Shown here: positions 50,138 through 62,422 of the stretch, in pieces
Position numbering within the stretch: position 1 is the stretch's first letter
Layout of the letters: every line of letters begins with the position of its first letter
NCBI RefSeq assembly: GCF_004010195.1
Contig: NC_057757.1
Location: forward strand, 1,986,985-2,050,984
From: Chiloscyllium plagiosum
Lineage: Eukaryota
DNA length: 64,000 nucleotides
Reading direction: 5' to 3'
Notes under the pieces: model-generated
The model's input: the letters and a program-made list of their open reading frames with translations, nothing else
Database searches by the model: none
What the model was told of the DNA's origin: nothing
Made by a program: the position numbers and the translations under genes

Positions 50138-50730
50138 ATTTCCAAGTCAGGAGTGGTTTGGAGGGGATCAGCAGTTCCCATGTATCTGCTGCCCTTGTCC
50201 TTGGTAGGACATGGTAGTGGTCAGTGGGTTTGGAAGGTGCTGTCTAAGGAGCTTTGGTGAAATTTCTCCACTGCATCTTGTAGATGGTACAGACTGTCTA
50301 CAACTCTGCAACTGTGCGTTGGTGGTGGAGAGAGTGGATGTTTAAGATGGTGTATGTGGTGTTAATCAAGCAGCTGCTTTGTCCTGATGCCGATTTTCTT
50401 GTGTTGTTGGAGTATTCCCTCACACTCCCAACTTGTGCCTTGTTGATGGTGGACAGGCTTTAGGGAGTCGGAGGTGAGTTACTCACTCCAGGATTTCTAG
50501 TCTCTGACCTAGTCCAGTTCGGTTTCTGATCAATGGTAAATTCCAGGATGTTAATAGTGGAGGTTAAAGTGCTAGTGATTTCATTGATTTTCAAAGGGTG
50601 GTGATTAGATTGTCTCTTGTTGGAATTTGTGTGGCATGAATGTTAGTTGCCACTTGTCAGTCCAAACCTGACTCTTGCTGCATTTCATAGACATTGCTTC
50701 AGAATCTGAGGAGTTGAGGATGAGGCTGAA

Positions 50731-51390
50731 TCATAGAATCCCGAGAGTGTGGAAGCATTCGGCACATTGAGTCCACACCAATCCTCCGAAGAGCTTCCCA
50801 CCCAGACTCATCCCCCTACCTGATTCCTCCGATCCTGTATTCCCCATGGCTAATCCACCAAGCCTGCACATCCCTGGACACTATGGGACAATTTAGCACG
50901 GCCAATCCACCCTAATCTGCACATCCCTGGGCACTATGGGGCAATGTAGCAGGGCCAATCCATCCTGACCTGCACATCCCTGGACACTATTGGACAATTT
51001 AGCACGGCCAATCCACCCTGACCTGCACATTCCTGGAAATTATGGGACCATTTAGCACGGCCAATCCACCCTAACCTGCACATCCCTGGGCACTATGGGG
51101 CAATGTAGCACGGCCAATCCATCCTGACCTGCACATCCCTGGACACTATTGGACAATTTAGCACGGCCAATCCACCCTGACCTGCACATTCCTGGACATT
51201 ATGGGACCATTTAGCACAGCCAATCCACCCTAACTTGCACGTCTTTGGACTGTGGGAGGAAACCGGGGTGCCTGGAGGAAACCCACACAGACATGGGGAG
51301 AATGTGCAAACTCCACACAGACAGTCGCCGAGGTTGGAATCAGGTCCCTGCTGTGAGACAGCAATGCTAACCACTGAGCCACCACGCCAC
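50731..51390 (-). mobile_element. HE1/V-SINE containing an expanded internal tandem array
   Basis: Head at 51330-51390, V-domain, tail near 50731. Confidence 0.88.
50864..51234. repeat. 53-bp tandem repeat x7 with 159-bp higher-order structure
   Basis: Units start at 50864, 50917, 50970, 51023, 51076, 51129 and 51182. The variant pattern of units 2-3-4 recurs in 5-6-7. Confidence 0.92.
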
Positions 51391-52610
51391 CCAAATCTTG
51401 TCCAACAATCAGCGAACATGTCCCACTTTCAACATTATGATGGAGGAAAAGTCAATTTCTCCTTGAAACTGAAGCCCCCCATTCCTGGTTAAATCTCCTC
51501 TGCACCCTCTGTAAGGGCTGGATATCCATTGAACAGAATACTCCATCTGAATCCTGATTACTTCATAAAGGTTGAACTTAACACTCCTGTGTTTTTGCAG
51601 TCACCGGGACAATGTAAGAAACACAATAGCCAATTCAAACACAGACAGCTCCACCAAATAGACATGTGGCAACGAACAGACTATCTGCATTCACGATACT
51701 GTCTGAGCGATAAACATGGGCCAGGACACTGTAAATAAAAGGCCAGTCCTTCTCCAGAATGGTGCTGTTGGACTTCACCAAGAAAGGGAAGACAGCTCCT
51801 CGTCAGCTAGACAGTGGCTCTGACAGTGCGGCTCTCCCTCAAAATGTCAGATTATATGGTTCAGCCTCTGGGGTGGGACTGACCTTCTGACTCCAAGGCA
51901 AGTGAGCTACTCGCTGGGTCACAGCTGACACTACGATGTTTGGAAATCAGGATCCGTGTTGCAAAGGCTGGGATAAAAGAGAAGAGAGCTGGGAAATATC
52001 AGCTGGTCAGGAAGCACATGTAGGGTGCAGTGAAGGGTTCAGGACAAAATCCCTTTGATATTTCCCTCCATTCAGCAAGACCAAACCAAAGTCACATGTG
52101 TTCATCCTATAATCTCCATCATTGAGGCGGGGATTAGACAGACTTTTGATCTCTCAGAGTGGGGAACAGGTGGGAAAGGCGAGTTGAAAGGTCACCCGAG
52201 TCTCCAATGCTCTAGGGAAAACAGCCCCAGCCTATTCAGCCTCTCCCTATAGCTCAAACCCTTCAACCCTGTGAACATCCTCATAAAACATTTTGCACCG
52301 TTTCAAGTTTAACCACATCCTTCCGATGGACGCTTCTTAAAGTGGGAGAGAGAGCCAGAGAAGGGCAGAGAGGATGAGGGAGAGAATTCTAGAGCTTCAG
52401 GCTCAGAGAGCTGAGTGAATCAATCTGAAGCTGCCTGAGAATTGGAGGATTTCAAAGAGGTTTGAGGGTATTGAGAGTCAGATGGAGGTGGTACAGTAAA
52501 CCAAATCAGGGATGCGCAATGGGTCAGACTGATAGACGTTTGAAGTGTGGTCACTTGTTACAATGTAAGAAAGCACGGCAGCCAACAGCGCACAGCAAGC
52601 TCCCACATAT

Positions 52611-52646
52611 TTCTCACCTCTGGCCTTTCCCTTGTTCCCATCCAGG
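52611..52646 (+). promoter_or_regulatory. 3' splice acceptor in front of the P2Y coding exon (implies an upstream non-coding exon)
   Basis: ttctcac branch-point-like motif, pyrimidine tract cctctggcctttcccttgttcccatc, then cag|g, 56 nt upstream of the ATG. Confidence 0.7.
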
Positions 52647-52701
52647 TCTGAGAATTCGCAGCCGGTAAGCGATGCTTACGACAGGCAGCAGAGTCTAGAA
52701 G

Positions 52702-53748
52702 ATGAATGAAAATGCTACAAGCCCGATGGTTGACAATGGTTCGAGTGAGGACATCCCAGCCTCAAACTCCTGCAGCAAGGACGAATCGTACAAGTACGTT
52801 TTCCTGCCAGTGTGCTACACCTACACCTGTATCCTCAGCTTGGCACTCAACTCCATCATCCTCTGCAGCATCCTCAAGCGGCGCAAAGAGTGGAACTGCT
52901 CCCTCATCTACATGTTCAACCTTGCTCTGACTGACTTCATGTATGGCCTGTCGCTGCCATTCCTCATTGCCAGCTACATCATGCATGATGTCTGGGTCTT
53001 CGGGGACTTCACCTGCCGCCTGGTTCGCTTCCTCTTCTACTTCAACCTCTACTGTAGCATCTTCTTTCTGACCTGCATCAGCTTCCACCGCTACCTTGGC
53101 ATCTGCCATCCCATGAAGACTATCACCATGGAGACCAAGAAGACGGCCCGGGTGGTCTGCGTGCTGGTGTGGCTGGTGGTCCTGGCCCTCACCTGCCCTA
53201 TCTTTCATTTTGCCAAGACCGCCACCTTCAACAATGCCACTAACTGCTGGGATGATGCCCTTGACACCGAATACCCGCACTATGTGCCCTATGGGATCAT
53301 TCTGCACTCGGTTGGCTTCTTCCTGCCCTTCTCCATCATTGCCTGGTGTTACTCGCGTGTGATTAAGACAATCTTCAAGACCATCAGCAACCAGGAGTTC
53401 AAGTCGGCTGTGCCGGGCCTGGAGAAAAGGCGCAAGTCCATCAAGACCATCGTGACCATCACTCTCCTCTTCGCCCTCTGCTTCCTCCCCTTCCACGTGA
53501 CCAAGACCATCTTCTTGGTCAACAAAGCCGTCCCTGACGTGGCCTGCGCCACCAAGAGGGTGGTGACCATCTGCTACAAGGTCACCAGACCCTTGGCCAG
53601 CTTCAATGCCTGGCTCAACGCACTGCTTTACTTCCTGACCAAGGACAAGTGGCCTCAGAACTGCCTGAAGCCCAAGAAGAACGCCGACGACTCCAAGTCC
53701 TCGTGGAACATTTTCAAACCCTTCAACCACCTGACGCCTCCTTCGTGA
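52702..53748 (+). CDS. P2Y purinoceptor-like class A GPCR (P2Y2/4/6/P2Y3-like group), 348 aa, intronless CDS
   Basis: Seven hydrophobic segments. Motifs: TM2 NLALTD, TM3 CRLVRFLFYFNLYCSIFFLTCISFHRY (HRY is typical of P2Y), TM6 CFLPFHVTKT, TM7 YKVTRPLAS. N-terminal/ECL3 and TM3/ECL2 cysteines, N-glycosylation sequons NAT and NGS, strongly GC3-biased codons. Confidence 0.95.
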   Translation: MNENATSPMVDNGSSEDIPASNSCSKDESYKYVFLPVCYTYTCILSLALNSIILCSILKRRKEWNCSLIYMFNLALTDFMYGLSLPFLIASYIMHDVWVFGDFTCRLVRFLFYFNLYCSIFFLTCISFHRYLGICHPMKTITMETKKTARVVCVLVWLVVLALTCPIFHFAKTATFNNATNCWDDALDTEYPHYVPYGIILHSVGFFLPFSIIAWCYSRVIKTIFKTISNQEFKSAVPGLEKRRKSIKTIVTITLLFALCFLPFHVTKTIFLVNKAVPDVACATKRVVTICYKVTRPLASFNAWLNALLYFLTKDKWPQNCLKPKKNADDSKSSWNIFKPFNHLTPPS

Positions 53749-55104
53749 ATGCCAGGGCGGGTGGTTGACAGGGACCAGGGCTGGCATGGGGACCAAAGTG
53801 GGGAGATCCTAGGGATTTGCACTTAGCCTGGCCCTAGACACTCGAGCTCTCCTACGCTCTGCTGACTGTCACTTTGTGCCTATTGAACCACTGGGCTTGG
53901 CCACCAAATATTTGTTATGGTACATTATCAAAATTGACCTCACTGGTCCGCAGATTTTATTTCTGGTGTTACATCCGCTTCTGTTTTCGGTGAGACGTTG
54001 GTGGATGGTCTTTGTGATGCCACTGGAGCTCAGTCTGACCAAGGATCCTTTGTGTGAGGGCAAGTTGGGTGCCTACTGACTGAATGGACTTGTGCCCCCA
54101 CACCTCCCTACACCCCCCCCCCACCCGGTTCCAAACCCCACCTCGTGGGCTTCTCTGTGGGCCCTGCAGCTGCAGAAAGGAACCTGCAATTCCATAGTAC
54201 CCTTCCCCAACCTCTGTACTGGCCCACCTTCACCGACAGCGACGGATTTTTTTTTTTCCGGCCACGCATGTTGCAATGCCGAAAACATGACATGCGACCC
54301 GAGCGTGGGCAGCTCCCACAGACAGCAGAGTGGTAGATCATCTGCTTGCTTTGTGTTTGCAAGAGATGTTGGTTAAACAGTATAATCGGGTCAGGACAGT
54401 GTGTAGGGGGAGGGGAGATGGAGTAGAGATCATGCCTTTGCTCATTGTGAGATCTTTTACTTCCACCAGATTGGTGGACGTGGGTCTTCTCTGTATGATG
54501 GCACCTCTGATAATGCAGCCTTCCCTCAGTGCCTACAGGGATCGTCTGCCTGCTCCTGTACAGTACGCTCAATTTTCGGTGAACTAGGAATTTTATGACT
54601 CAGAAAGTGACACCCACAGAACCACGCTGACGCTGTTAACACAATTAATTTTTGCATGAACTGCTTGATCCTGGCAAGCTTATGTTGGATGTACAGAATT
54701 CACCTGCAGAGTGTTTTGTTCTCCAAAGTTCATTTCCCAGTTGCTGGTTATTGCACTGGTGAGGTCAAACCAGCACCCCTAAACGTGCACCCTCAAACAC
54801 CGACTGATTTCAACTTCACTCTAATTGCCGGATCACAAATTGGGGCGCAGTCTCCACAACATTCTTTGGTCCCACCAAATCTGGACACTTGCAAAGGCAG
54901 GTTTGATGTTGGGTTTTCTCAAGGACGCACTCCCAATTTTGAAATCTGAAATGTTCCCTCCTTCACCAACTTTTCACTGTCAGTTTGAAGTAATGTAGTC
55001 GATTGTCGTATAACCTTAAAATGTGCTATAAAGAGATGTTGGAACTGTTGACAATTGCTTCAAATCATTTCACGATTTTTGTTTTTAATCATGAATTTGA
55101 TGAA

Positions 55105-55750
55105 CGTATGAAATAGGAGCAGCAGTGGGCCATTCAGCCCTTCAGATCTGCTTCACCATTTAATGAGATCATGGCTGATCTTCTCCCTCAACATCATTTC
55201 CCCACCATATCCTCATAACTCTTGACGTTTTTCACAAAATCTATTGATCTCTGTCTTGAACATACTCAATACTCTGCAGTGGGATTCCAAAGGTTCAGCG
55301 CCATCATGTGAAAAACATTTCTCTTCATCCCAGCTCCCTAGTTGTAAGATTATAGAATGACCTCCCCCCCCCCCCCCCATCCTCGCTCTACCCCCCCCAC
55401 CCCATTCTGATTCTACAATCACAAACTAAGGGAAACATCCTGTCTACGTCTATCCACTTCACGTGAAATGAACTTCTTGAGAAAGTGGTGAATGTGGGAA
55501 CAGTTACAACATTTAATACATTTGGATGAGTACATGAATAGGAAAAGTTTGGAGGGATAATGGGGCAGAAGCAGGTCGGTGGGACTAGCTTAGTTTGGAA
55601 TTACAATCGGTTGGACTGAAGGGTCTATTTCTATGCTGTATGACTCCATGTGAAAAATGTTGTAAGTTTTAATAAGATCATCGCTCATCCTTTTAAACTC
55701 AAGAAATTGTAGACCCAATCTATTTAATCTTTACTCCTATGACTATCCCT
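55105..55750. mobile_element. CR1 3' fragments (minus, with a plus-strand tail at ~55475-55650)
   Basis: ataggagcagcagtgggccattcagccc...gagatcatggctgatc; CR1 tail ctgtatgactccatg. Confidence 0.7.
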
Positions 55751-57614
55751 CCATACAATGATAACCCGTTGCCTGTTTTGTGATTTCAACAGAGGGGTAA
55801 ACACTAGCTACATGACACTACATTGCACCCCTGCTTTTCTTGAAGTGGCACACATATGGAATCTTTCACACCTGCCTGAACTTGCAAATTGGTTTGACGT
55901 TACATCTGTAAAACTATATGACAGTGTGGCACTCCCTCTGTACTGCACTGGGAGTGTTGGCCTTGGTTTTGTGCTGGAGATTGTCGGAAAAACACATCTG
56001 GTTCACTAATGTCCTTTGGGGAAGGAAACTGCCATCGTTACCTGGGCTGGCCTACAGAAATGTGGTTGACTCTTAACAGCCCTCTGGGCAATTAGGTATG
56101 GAGAAAAAAATGCTGGCCTAGCCAGTGACACCCTCATCCTGTGAGTAAAATAAAGAAAAGCACTGAAGTGGGAATTGAAACCAGGACCATGTGGTTCAAA
56201 GGCTAAGTGTGCTACCCAACTGAGCCACATCTCACGTCCTTGGCATCCTGTCCAACAATGTGGGGGCAATGTAGCTGGACTCCAGTCCCGCAGTATGAAC
56301 AATCAGGAGCAGCTGAGAGTTTGTGCATCGAGGCCTATTACCGACCCCTCACACTGTTGCTTCAACTGACTCCCATGTGGCCTTGGGATTGAACAAAAGG
56401 TTGCCAACTCTCTGGGGAATAGACTGGAGTCCCTGGCCCCTGCAGCCTCACCCCCAGAGTACTTCCGTGGCAACTTAAGAAGAAAGTCTCATTTGAGTTA
56501 AAAATGCTGCATTTTAAAACAGAAAATTGGCTTAATATAGACTTGGCCCTGCGAGGCTGGGCTACTTGGGTTAGCCAATGGCAGAACTGGGTAGGTCAGA
56601 GGTGAAAGGTCACATATTGACATCTCCAGGAACGTGGCCAAAGTTGGCAAGCCTACAGATGAAAACTATAACTGAACCAGCATCACTGCTTCAAAGGGTT
56701 GCGATGACAGCTTTGAAGGAAACCATTCAATCTTCCTCTAAATGTATTTACCACCCAAATCAAGGTCTGTGCTGAGAACTCAAGGATTTGTCTCGATAAT
56801 AAAATTGAGTATTGCTGCTAAAAGATGCATTTTTTTCCGAAGCTTCCCATCTTGCACTCATCAGGACATTTTGTAACAACACAAATTCAAGGGGAAAACT
56901 AACATTTATGTTGCATGAGGGGAGAGCGCTGACTGGTTGGCAAGGACTCACTGGTCGAAGTGTGACTGTGGGAACGCACCAATTAATGATGATTGACAGT
57001 TACCTGGCAGGCTTTGTTTCAATTTTAAACAGACAGGTTGACTCTGATAGGTCAGGGCATTGCGTTGAGAAATGAACCAGCAAATGGCCGGTCCCTATTT
57101 CGGTGAGTTGAAAATCGGACACAGGCCCAAAAGGAGATTGATAGAAAAGGAAGTTTTTGGACACGAGTAAAACACTCCAAACCTGTTCTTCGAAATAGTG
57201 GCTGTGGGATTTTGCTGTGTCCACTCAAGAAGACAAAACAGTACATCAACTTCACATGTCATCCTCACCCTCTGATGCTGTACCACTCCCTCAGTACTGC
57301 ATTGGGAACATCCAACTGGATATTGTACTCAAGTCCCTGCAATGGGACTCAAACCGCCATTCTCATTCGGACAAGCTGAGGGGATGGTAGGTCATGTGAT
57401 AGGAGGCATTGTGCACTGTACCAGGCCTCTGTCACCACCATCTGATAAACAGCTGCTGAAGGAGAGCTTGGTAGGGTTTTTGTGGTCCAGTATAATGTCC
57501 CTACCTCTGGACAGGAGGCATGGATTCAAGTCCCACTTGCACCAAAGATGTTTAATAATATTTTTGAGCAGATTCATGAAGAATGTTTTTGGAAAATGAC
57601 AGTAGCTTGGTACT

Positions 57615-58287
57615 AGTTTGGAGTACTGTAGAACAGAGGGACCTAGGGGTTCAGGTACATAGCTCATTGAAAGTTTCATCACAGGTAGACAGGGTGGCGA
57701 ACAAGGCATTTGGCACACTTGCCTTCATTGCTCAGACCTCTGAGTATAGGAATTGGGACATTCTGTTGTTTTACAGGACGTTGGTGAGGCCATTTTGAGT
57801 CCTGGACCCTCAACTTTAGAAAGGATATTAATAAGTTGGAGAGGGTTCAGAAAAGATTTAAAGGATGTTACTGGGACTGCATGGTTTGAGTTATAAGAAG
57901 AGGCTGGATAAGCTGGGACTTTTTAAACTGGAGAATAGGAGGTTATAGAGGTTTACAAAATCATGAGGGCTAGAGATAAGGTGAACAGGAAAGGTAATTT
58001 CCCTTGGGTATGGGAGTTCAAAACTGGCGGGCATAATTTTAAGGTGAGAGGAGAAAGATTTAAAAGTGAGCTGAGGGGCAACTTTTTAACACAAAGTGTA
58101 GCATGTGGGTGGAATGAACTGCCAGAGGAAGTGTTAGACGCAAGTACAGTTACTACATTTAAAAGACATTTGGGTAGGTACATGGATAGGAAGGGGTTTG
58201 AGGGACATGGGCCAAGTGCTGGCAAGTGGGACTAGTTTGGCTTGGAAAACTTGGACTAAAGGATCTGTTTCGTGCTGTATGACTCTT
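57615..58287 (+). mobile_element. CR1 LINE 3' part
   Basis: EQRDLGVQVHSSLKV...RTLVRP, RGNFLTQSVACGWNELP...FKRHLGRYMDR. Confidence 0.88.
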
Positions 58288-59197
58288 AAATCTTTTTACA
58301 CTGCCATATGGCTCTGATCAAGGGTAGTGGGTGACTGGATTATATACAGAGTTAAAATGTGAAACTTTGCTCTAAATATACAGTACAGAAAGAGGCCATT
58401 CAGCTGACATGTCCACCTGTATTTATGCAGCATGTGAGTAGGCTCCCACCCACCCTTCAAGTCACCCCTCAGATCATTCCATTCCTTTCTCTCCCATGTC
58501 TTTATCCAGCTTCCCCTTCACTGTGTCTAGGCCATTCACATTGATCTCTCCCTGTGGGTAACAGCTTCCTCAGTCTAATAGTGTCCAGCCGGTTGTTGTG
58601 GTCTGACAGGTTGGCGGAAGTGAAATTTCAATCAACCAGGTGAACTACTTGAGAAAAGGAATATTTGCACGGCTTAGGGGGTGGAGCCATCAGGGGGGGC
58701 CTAATTGATTAGCTCTTCATAGAGACAGAACAACAGCCCAAATGACCTCTGTATTGTGTGGCTCTCGCTCTCAGCTTACACGGCTGGCAGAGTGTAACCG
58801 TAGTCCAAAGTAAACCATGTTATTGAGGTCTAATGAGCCTGAAGACATTCCATTACAAGTTAACATCAGTCAAAGATCCAGGATTTTCCTGACCGACGTT
58901 GTGTCTGACTGGCATTGGGTCCAAAAGTCAAAGAGCAACACATTGCTATGGAGAGTCCAGGAAAGACAAAAATAAGCATCAATCATGATACTGTTTGTTA
59001 TTCAGTTTTCAGACATTCTTTCCACAATAGGGGACTGAAGCTGCAAATGCAGAACTCCATGTATAGACTAAAGATTCTGTACTTAAATAATTCATTATCT
59101 AGGTGTTGGGTGTTCCTTCTTATTGCTCAGTATTTAAATAAGAGGAAGGAGGCCATTCAGCCCTCGGGCCAGATCCAACAGTCGGTAAGAACATAGG

Positions 59198-59840
59198 ATC
59201 ATAGAGATGTACAGCACGGAAACAACTTGTCTGTGCTGACCAGATATCCTAAATTAATCTAGTCCCATATCCCCCTTAAACCATCTTATTCATATACCCA
59301 TCCAGATGCCTTTTAAATGTTGGAATTGTACCAGCCTCCACCACTTCCTCTGGGAGCTCATTCCATACGCACCCCACCCCCTGCGTGAAAAAGTTGCCCC
59401 TTAGGTCCCTTTTAAATCTTTCCCTTCTCACCTTAAACCTATGCCCTCTAGTTTTGGACTCCCCAATAATGGCTAATCTGACTGTGCCTCGGGTTGGATC
59501 GAAATCGGCAAATGATTAGAAATGGAATTATAAGGTTTATTGTAAGGTGAATGGAATCTAGACGTTAAGGGTGTTTTGTTATAGTTGCACTGAGCATCGG
59601 AGAGGCCATTTCTGGAATAAAGCGTACGGTTATTGTGCCAAACAGCATGGAAACAGACTCTTCAGTCCAACCAGTCCATGCTAACCACGTTCTCAAACTG
59701 AACTAGTCCCACCTGCCTGTGCTTGGCCCTTTTCTATTCATGCACTTCTCCAAATGTCTTTTAAACGTTGTAATCGTACCTGCAATCACCACTTCCTCAG
59801 GAAGTTCATTCCACACGCAAACTATGCTTTGCCCCTCATG
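59198..59840 (-). mobile_element. Two CR1 3' tails (59198-59465, 59640-59840)
   Basis: Reverse-complement CR1 3' UTR (catagagatgtacagcacggaaac; cagcatggaaacagac). Confidence 0.8.
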
Positions 59841-60651
59841 TCCTTCTGGGTTTCCTATTTAAAAAGGGAGGTAACTGAATCAGAAGCAGTTCAGGGGAAG
59901 GTTCACTTGACTAATAACTGGATCAGGGGGACTGATTATTGTAAAAGAAAAGATTGAACAGGCTGGGCCAGTGTCTATTGTAGTTTAGAAAAATTACTGG
60001 CGGAGTGGTTGAGACGAATAACATAAATGCAATTGAAATGAAACTAGCAAAGAGGGAGAAGGGTAGAGAAGGTTTCCTTCGCAAGATATAACAATGAGGG
60101 AGGAGAGGAGGTTGGTGGCAAGAAGGTAGGATAAGTATAATTTCACTTGCCTCAAAATTTAGAGACCCAATTTAATGCTTCATGGATACATGTTCAAATC
60201 CCACCACAGCTTCAGGTGGAATTTAAATCCAATCTGGAATTGAAATCCTGTCTCAGTGACGGTGACCCATGGCACCCATCTTCAACTGAGGTAAGAATCT
60301 TCCTGGCTCACTGGTGGTCCTGGTCTGGCCCACACACCTTAGTACATTCAGCAGTGTTGCTGACTCCTAAATGTCCTCTGAAATGATTAACCAACCACTC
60401 TTTACAAGGGCAAATTGCAATGGGCAACAAAGGCTGGGATTGCCAGTGAAACCTGCATCCAATGAATACAATTTTAAGAAGAAAACCATCAGCATAGTTC
60501 CAATGACCTGCTTTGATATTGTACATTTCTACACAGTTTCCAAGTAACTTTGTTTTGAAGGAACATTTTATTACTTTAAAGGTGCTATACAAATGCAAGT
60601 TGTTGTTCTAAACTGCCCCCAGTAAACATTGGCAAGCGAGTGATGTTAGGA

Positions 60652-61457
60652 TAGAATAGAATCCTTACAGTGTGGAAGCAGGCCATTCAGCCCATCAAGC
60701 CTACACTGACCCTCTGAAGAGTATCCCACCCTACTGAAGGACAGTCAGTAGGATAGCATTACCCAAGAGAACTAAAAGACAGTCAATAGTCCAAGAATCA
60801 TAGAATCCCTAGAGTGTGGAAGCAGGCCATTCAGCCCATTGAGTCTACACCAACCTTCCAAAAAGCATCCCATCCAGACCCAGCCTTTCCCTGTAACCCC
60901 ACATTTCTCATGGTTAATCCACCTAGCCTGCACATCGTTGGACATGACAGGACAATTTAGCACAGGCAATCTACCTAATCAGCACATCTTTGGACTGTGG
61001 GAGGAAACCAGAGCAACCCCGCACAGACACAGGGAGCACGTGTAAATGCCACACAGACCGTCCCCAAGGCCAGAATTGAACCTGGGTCCTTGGTGCTGTG
61101 AGGCAGCAGTGCTAACTACTGAGCCACACCTGTTAGGGACATGTGAGCAAAAGCATGGTTGAAGAGCCGGGTTAGTTACATTACAGTGTGGAAACAGGCC
61201 CTTCGGCCCAACAAGTCCATACCGACCCTTCAAACAGCAACCCACCCAAACCCATTCCCCTAATTCACTCCTTCACCTAACACTACAGGTAATTTAGCAC
61301 AGCCAATTCACCTAACCTGGACATTTTTGGACTGTGGGAGGAAACCCACGCAGACATGGGGAGAATGTGCAAACTCCACACAGACAATTGCCTGAGGCGG
61401 GAATTGAACCCGGGTCTCTAGTGCTGTGAGGCAGCAGTGCTAACCACTGTGCCACCC
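60652..61457 (-). mobile_element. Three adjacent HE1/V-SINE copies (60652-60732 tail only, 60798-61128, 61172-61457)
   Basis: Reverse-complement heads at ~61075-61128 and ~61400-61457, V-domains and tails. Confidence 0.85.
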
Positions 61458-62422
61458 ATAAGGTAGAGTATCTTCAAGGTGCTGGAGAGGTTTTGAGAGA
61501 GAATGCCAGAGCTTAGGCATCAGTTCTAGAGATCACAGTGATCAATGATTAATCATTGACGATCATTGATTAAAATCAGAGGTGCATGAGATGCCAGAAC
61601 TGCAGGGTTGTTGTACTGGAGGAGTGTGCAGAGTTCATAGAGGAAGAGGAAGTCTTCTAAACAGTAAGCGGATTTACTAGGTGAACACCTTTATGGTACA
61701 AGCTATTAACTAATGTTGCCCTTGTTCTAAAGCATTGCTGATAGCTGGCTGTAGAAAGATTCTAGTCCTTTTTAAGACAATTTCCAATAATGCTAGACAC
61801 TGCCCTGACAGGCTACAACATTTACATCCAACGTACTAGGAACTAAACAATTGCTACACAGAAACAGGCTCTGTTAGTCTTTTCTTTGTTCCACAGAAGT
61901 CTCTTCCCTCTCTGCTTCATAAAGAGTAGCCTCTTGCATTTGTATAGCACCTCTAGGGATATGGAGCTCGGCCACAGATCACACTGAATGGTGGAACAGG
62001 TGCAATGGATTCAATGGCCTACTCCTGTTCTCACATAGTCCATTTGGCCCTTGATCCTGCACCGCCATTCAATATGGTCACAATTACATTTCTCTATCCA
62101 CTTCCCCATCCCTTTGGTTGCCCTTGTATTCAAAAACCTTCCTCATCCACAGCTCTCAGGGGTAGAGAATTCCAAAGAAGCACAGCCCAAGTGAAGATAT
62201 TTCTTCTCATCTTAAGTCCAAAATGGCTGATGTGTTATCCTGAGACATTGCCCCCTGGTTCTGAACTCTCTGGCAGCAGGGGATGAACAGCCTCTTTGCT
62301 CTCTCATCATGCCCTTTAGGAATTTTATAAGTTTCCAAGAGATCACCTCTCATGCTTCAAACCCAGGTTACAGGCCCATTCAACTCAATCCCTCCTCATA
62401 GGTCAAATTATTTACCTTACCC

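Noticed and set aside
50864-51234. CRISPR-like regular repeat
   Set aside because: Head-to-tail 53-bp units with no unique spacers, inside a eukaryotic SINE, and no cas genes.
51755-51785. Minus-strand KSNST resembling FAM122 RRSNSAP (candidate exon 1)
   Set aside because: It lies in a Deu-SINE remnant, with no flanking similarity or suitable splice donor.
52762-53796. 344-aa antisense ORF overlapping the P2Y gene
   Set aside because: Shadow ORF expected from high-GC3 codon usage on the sense strand; it has no recognisable domain.
61542-61559. Perfect 18-bp palindrome tcaatgattaatcattga
   Set aside because: Short, AT-rich, within decayed repeat-like sequence; there is no supporting context.
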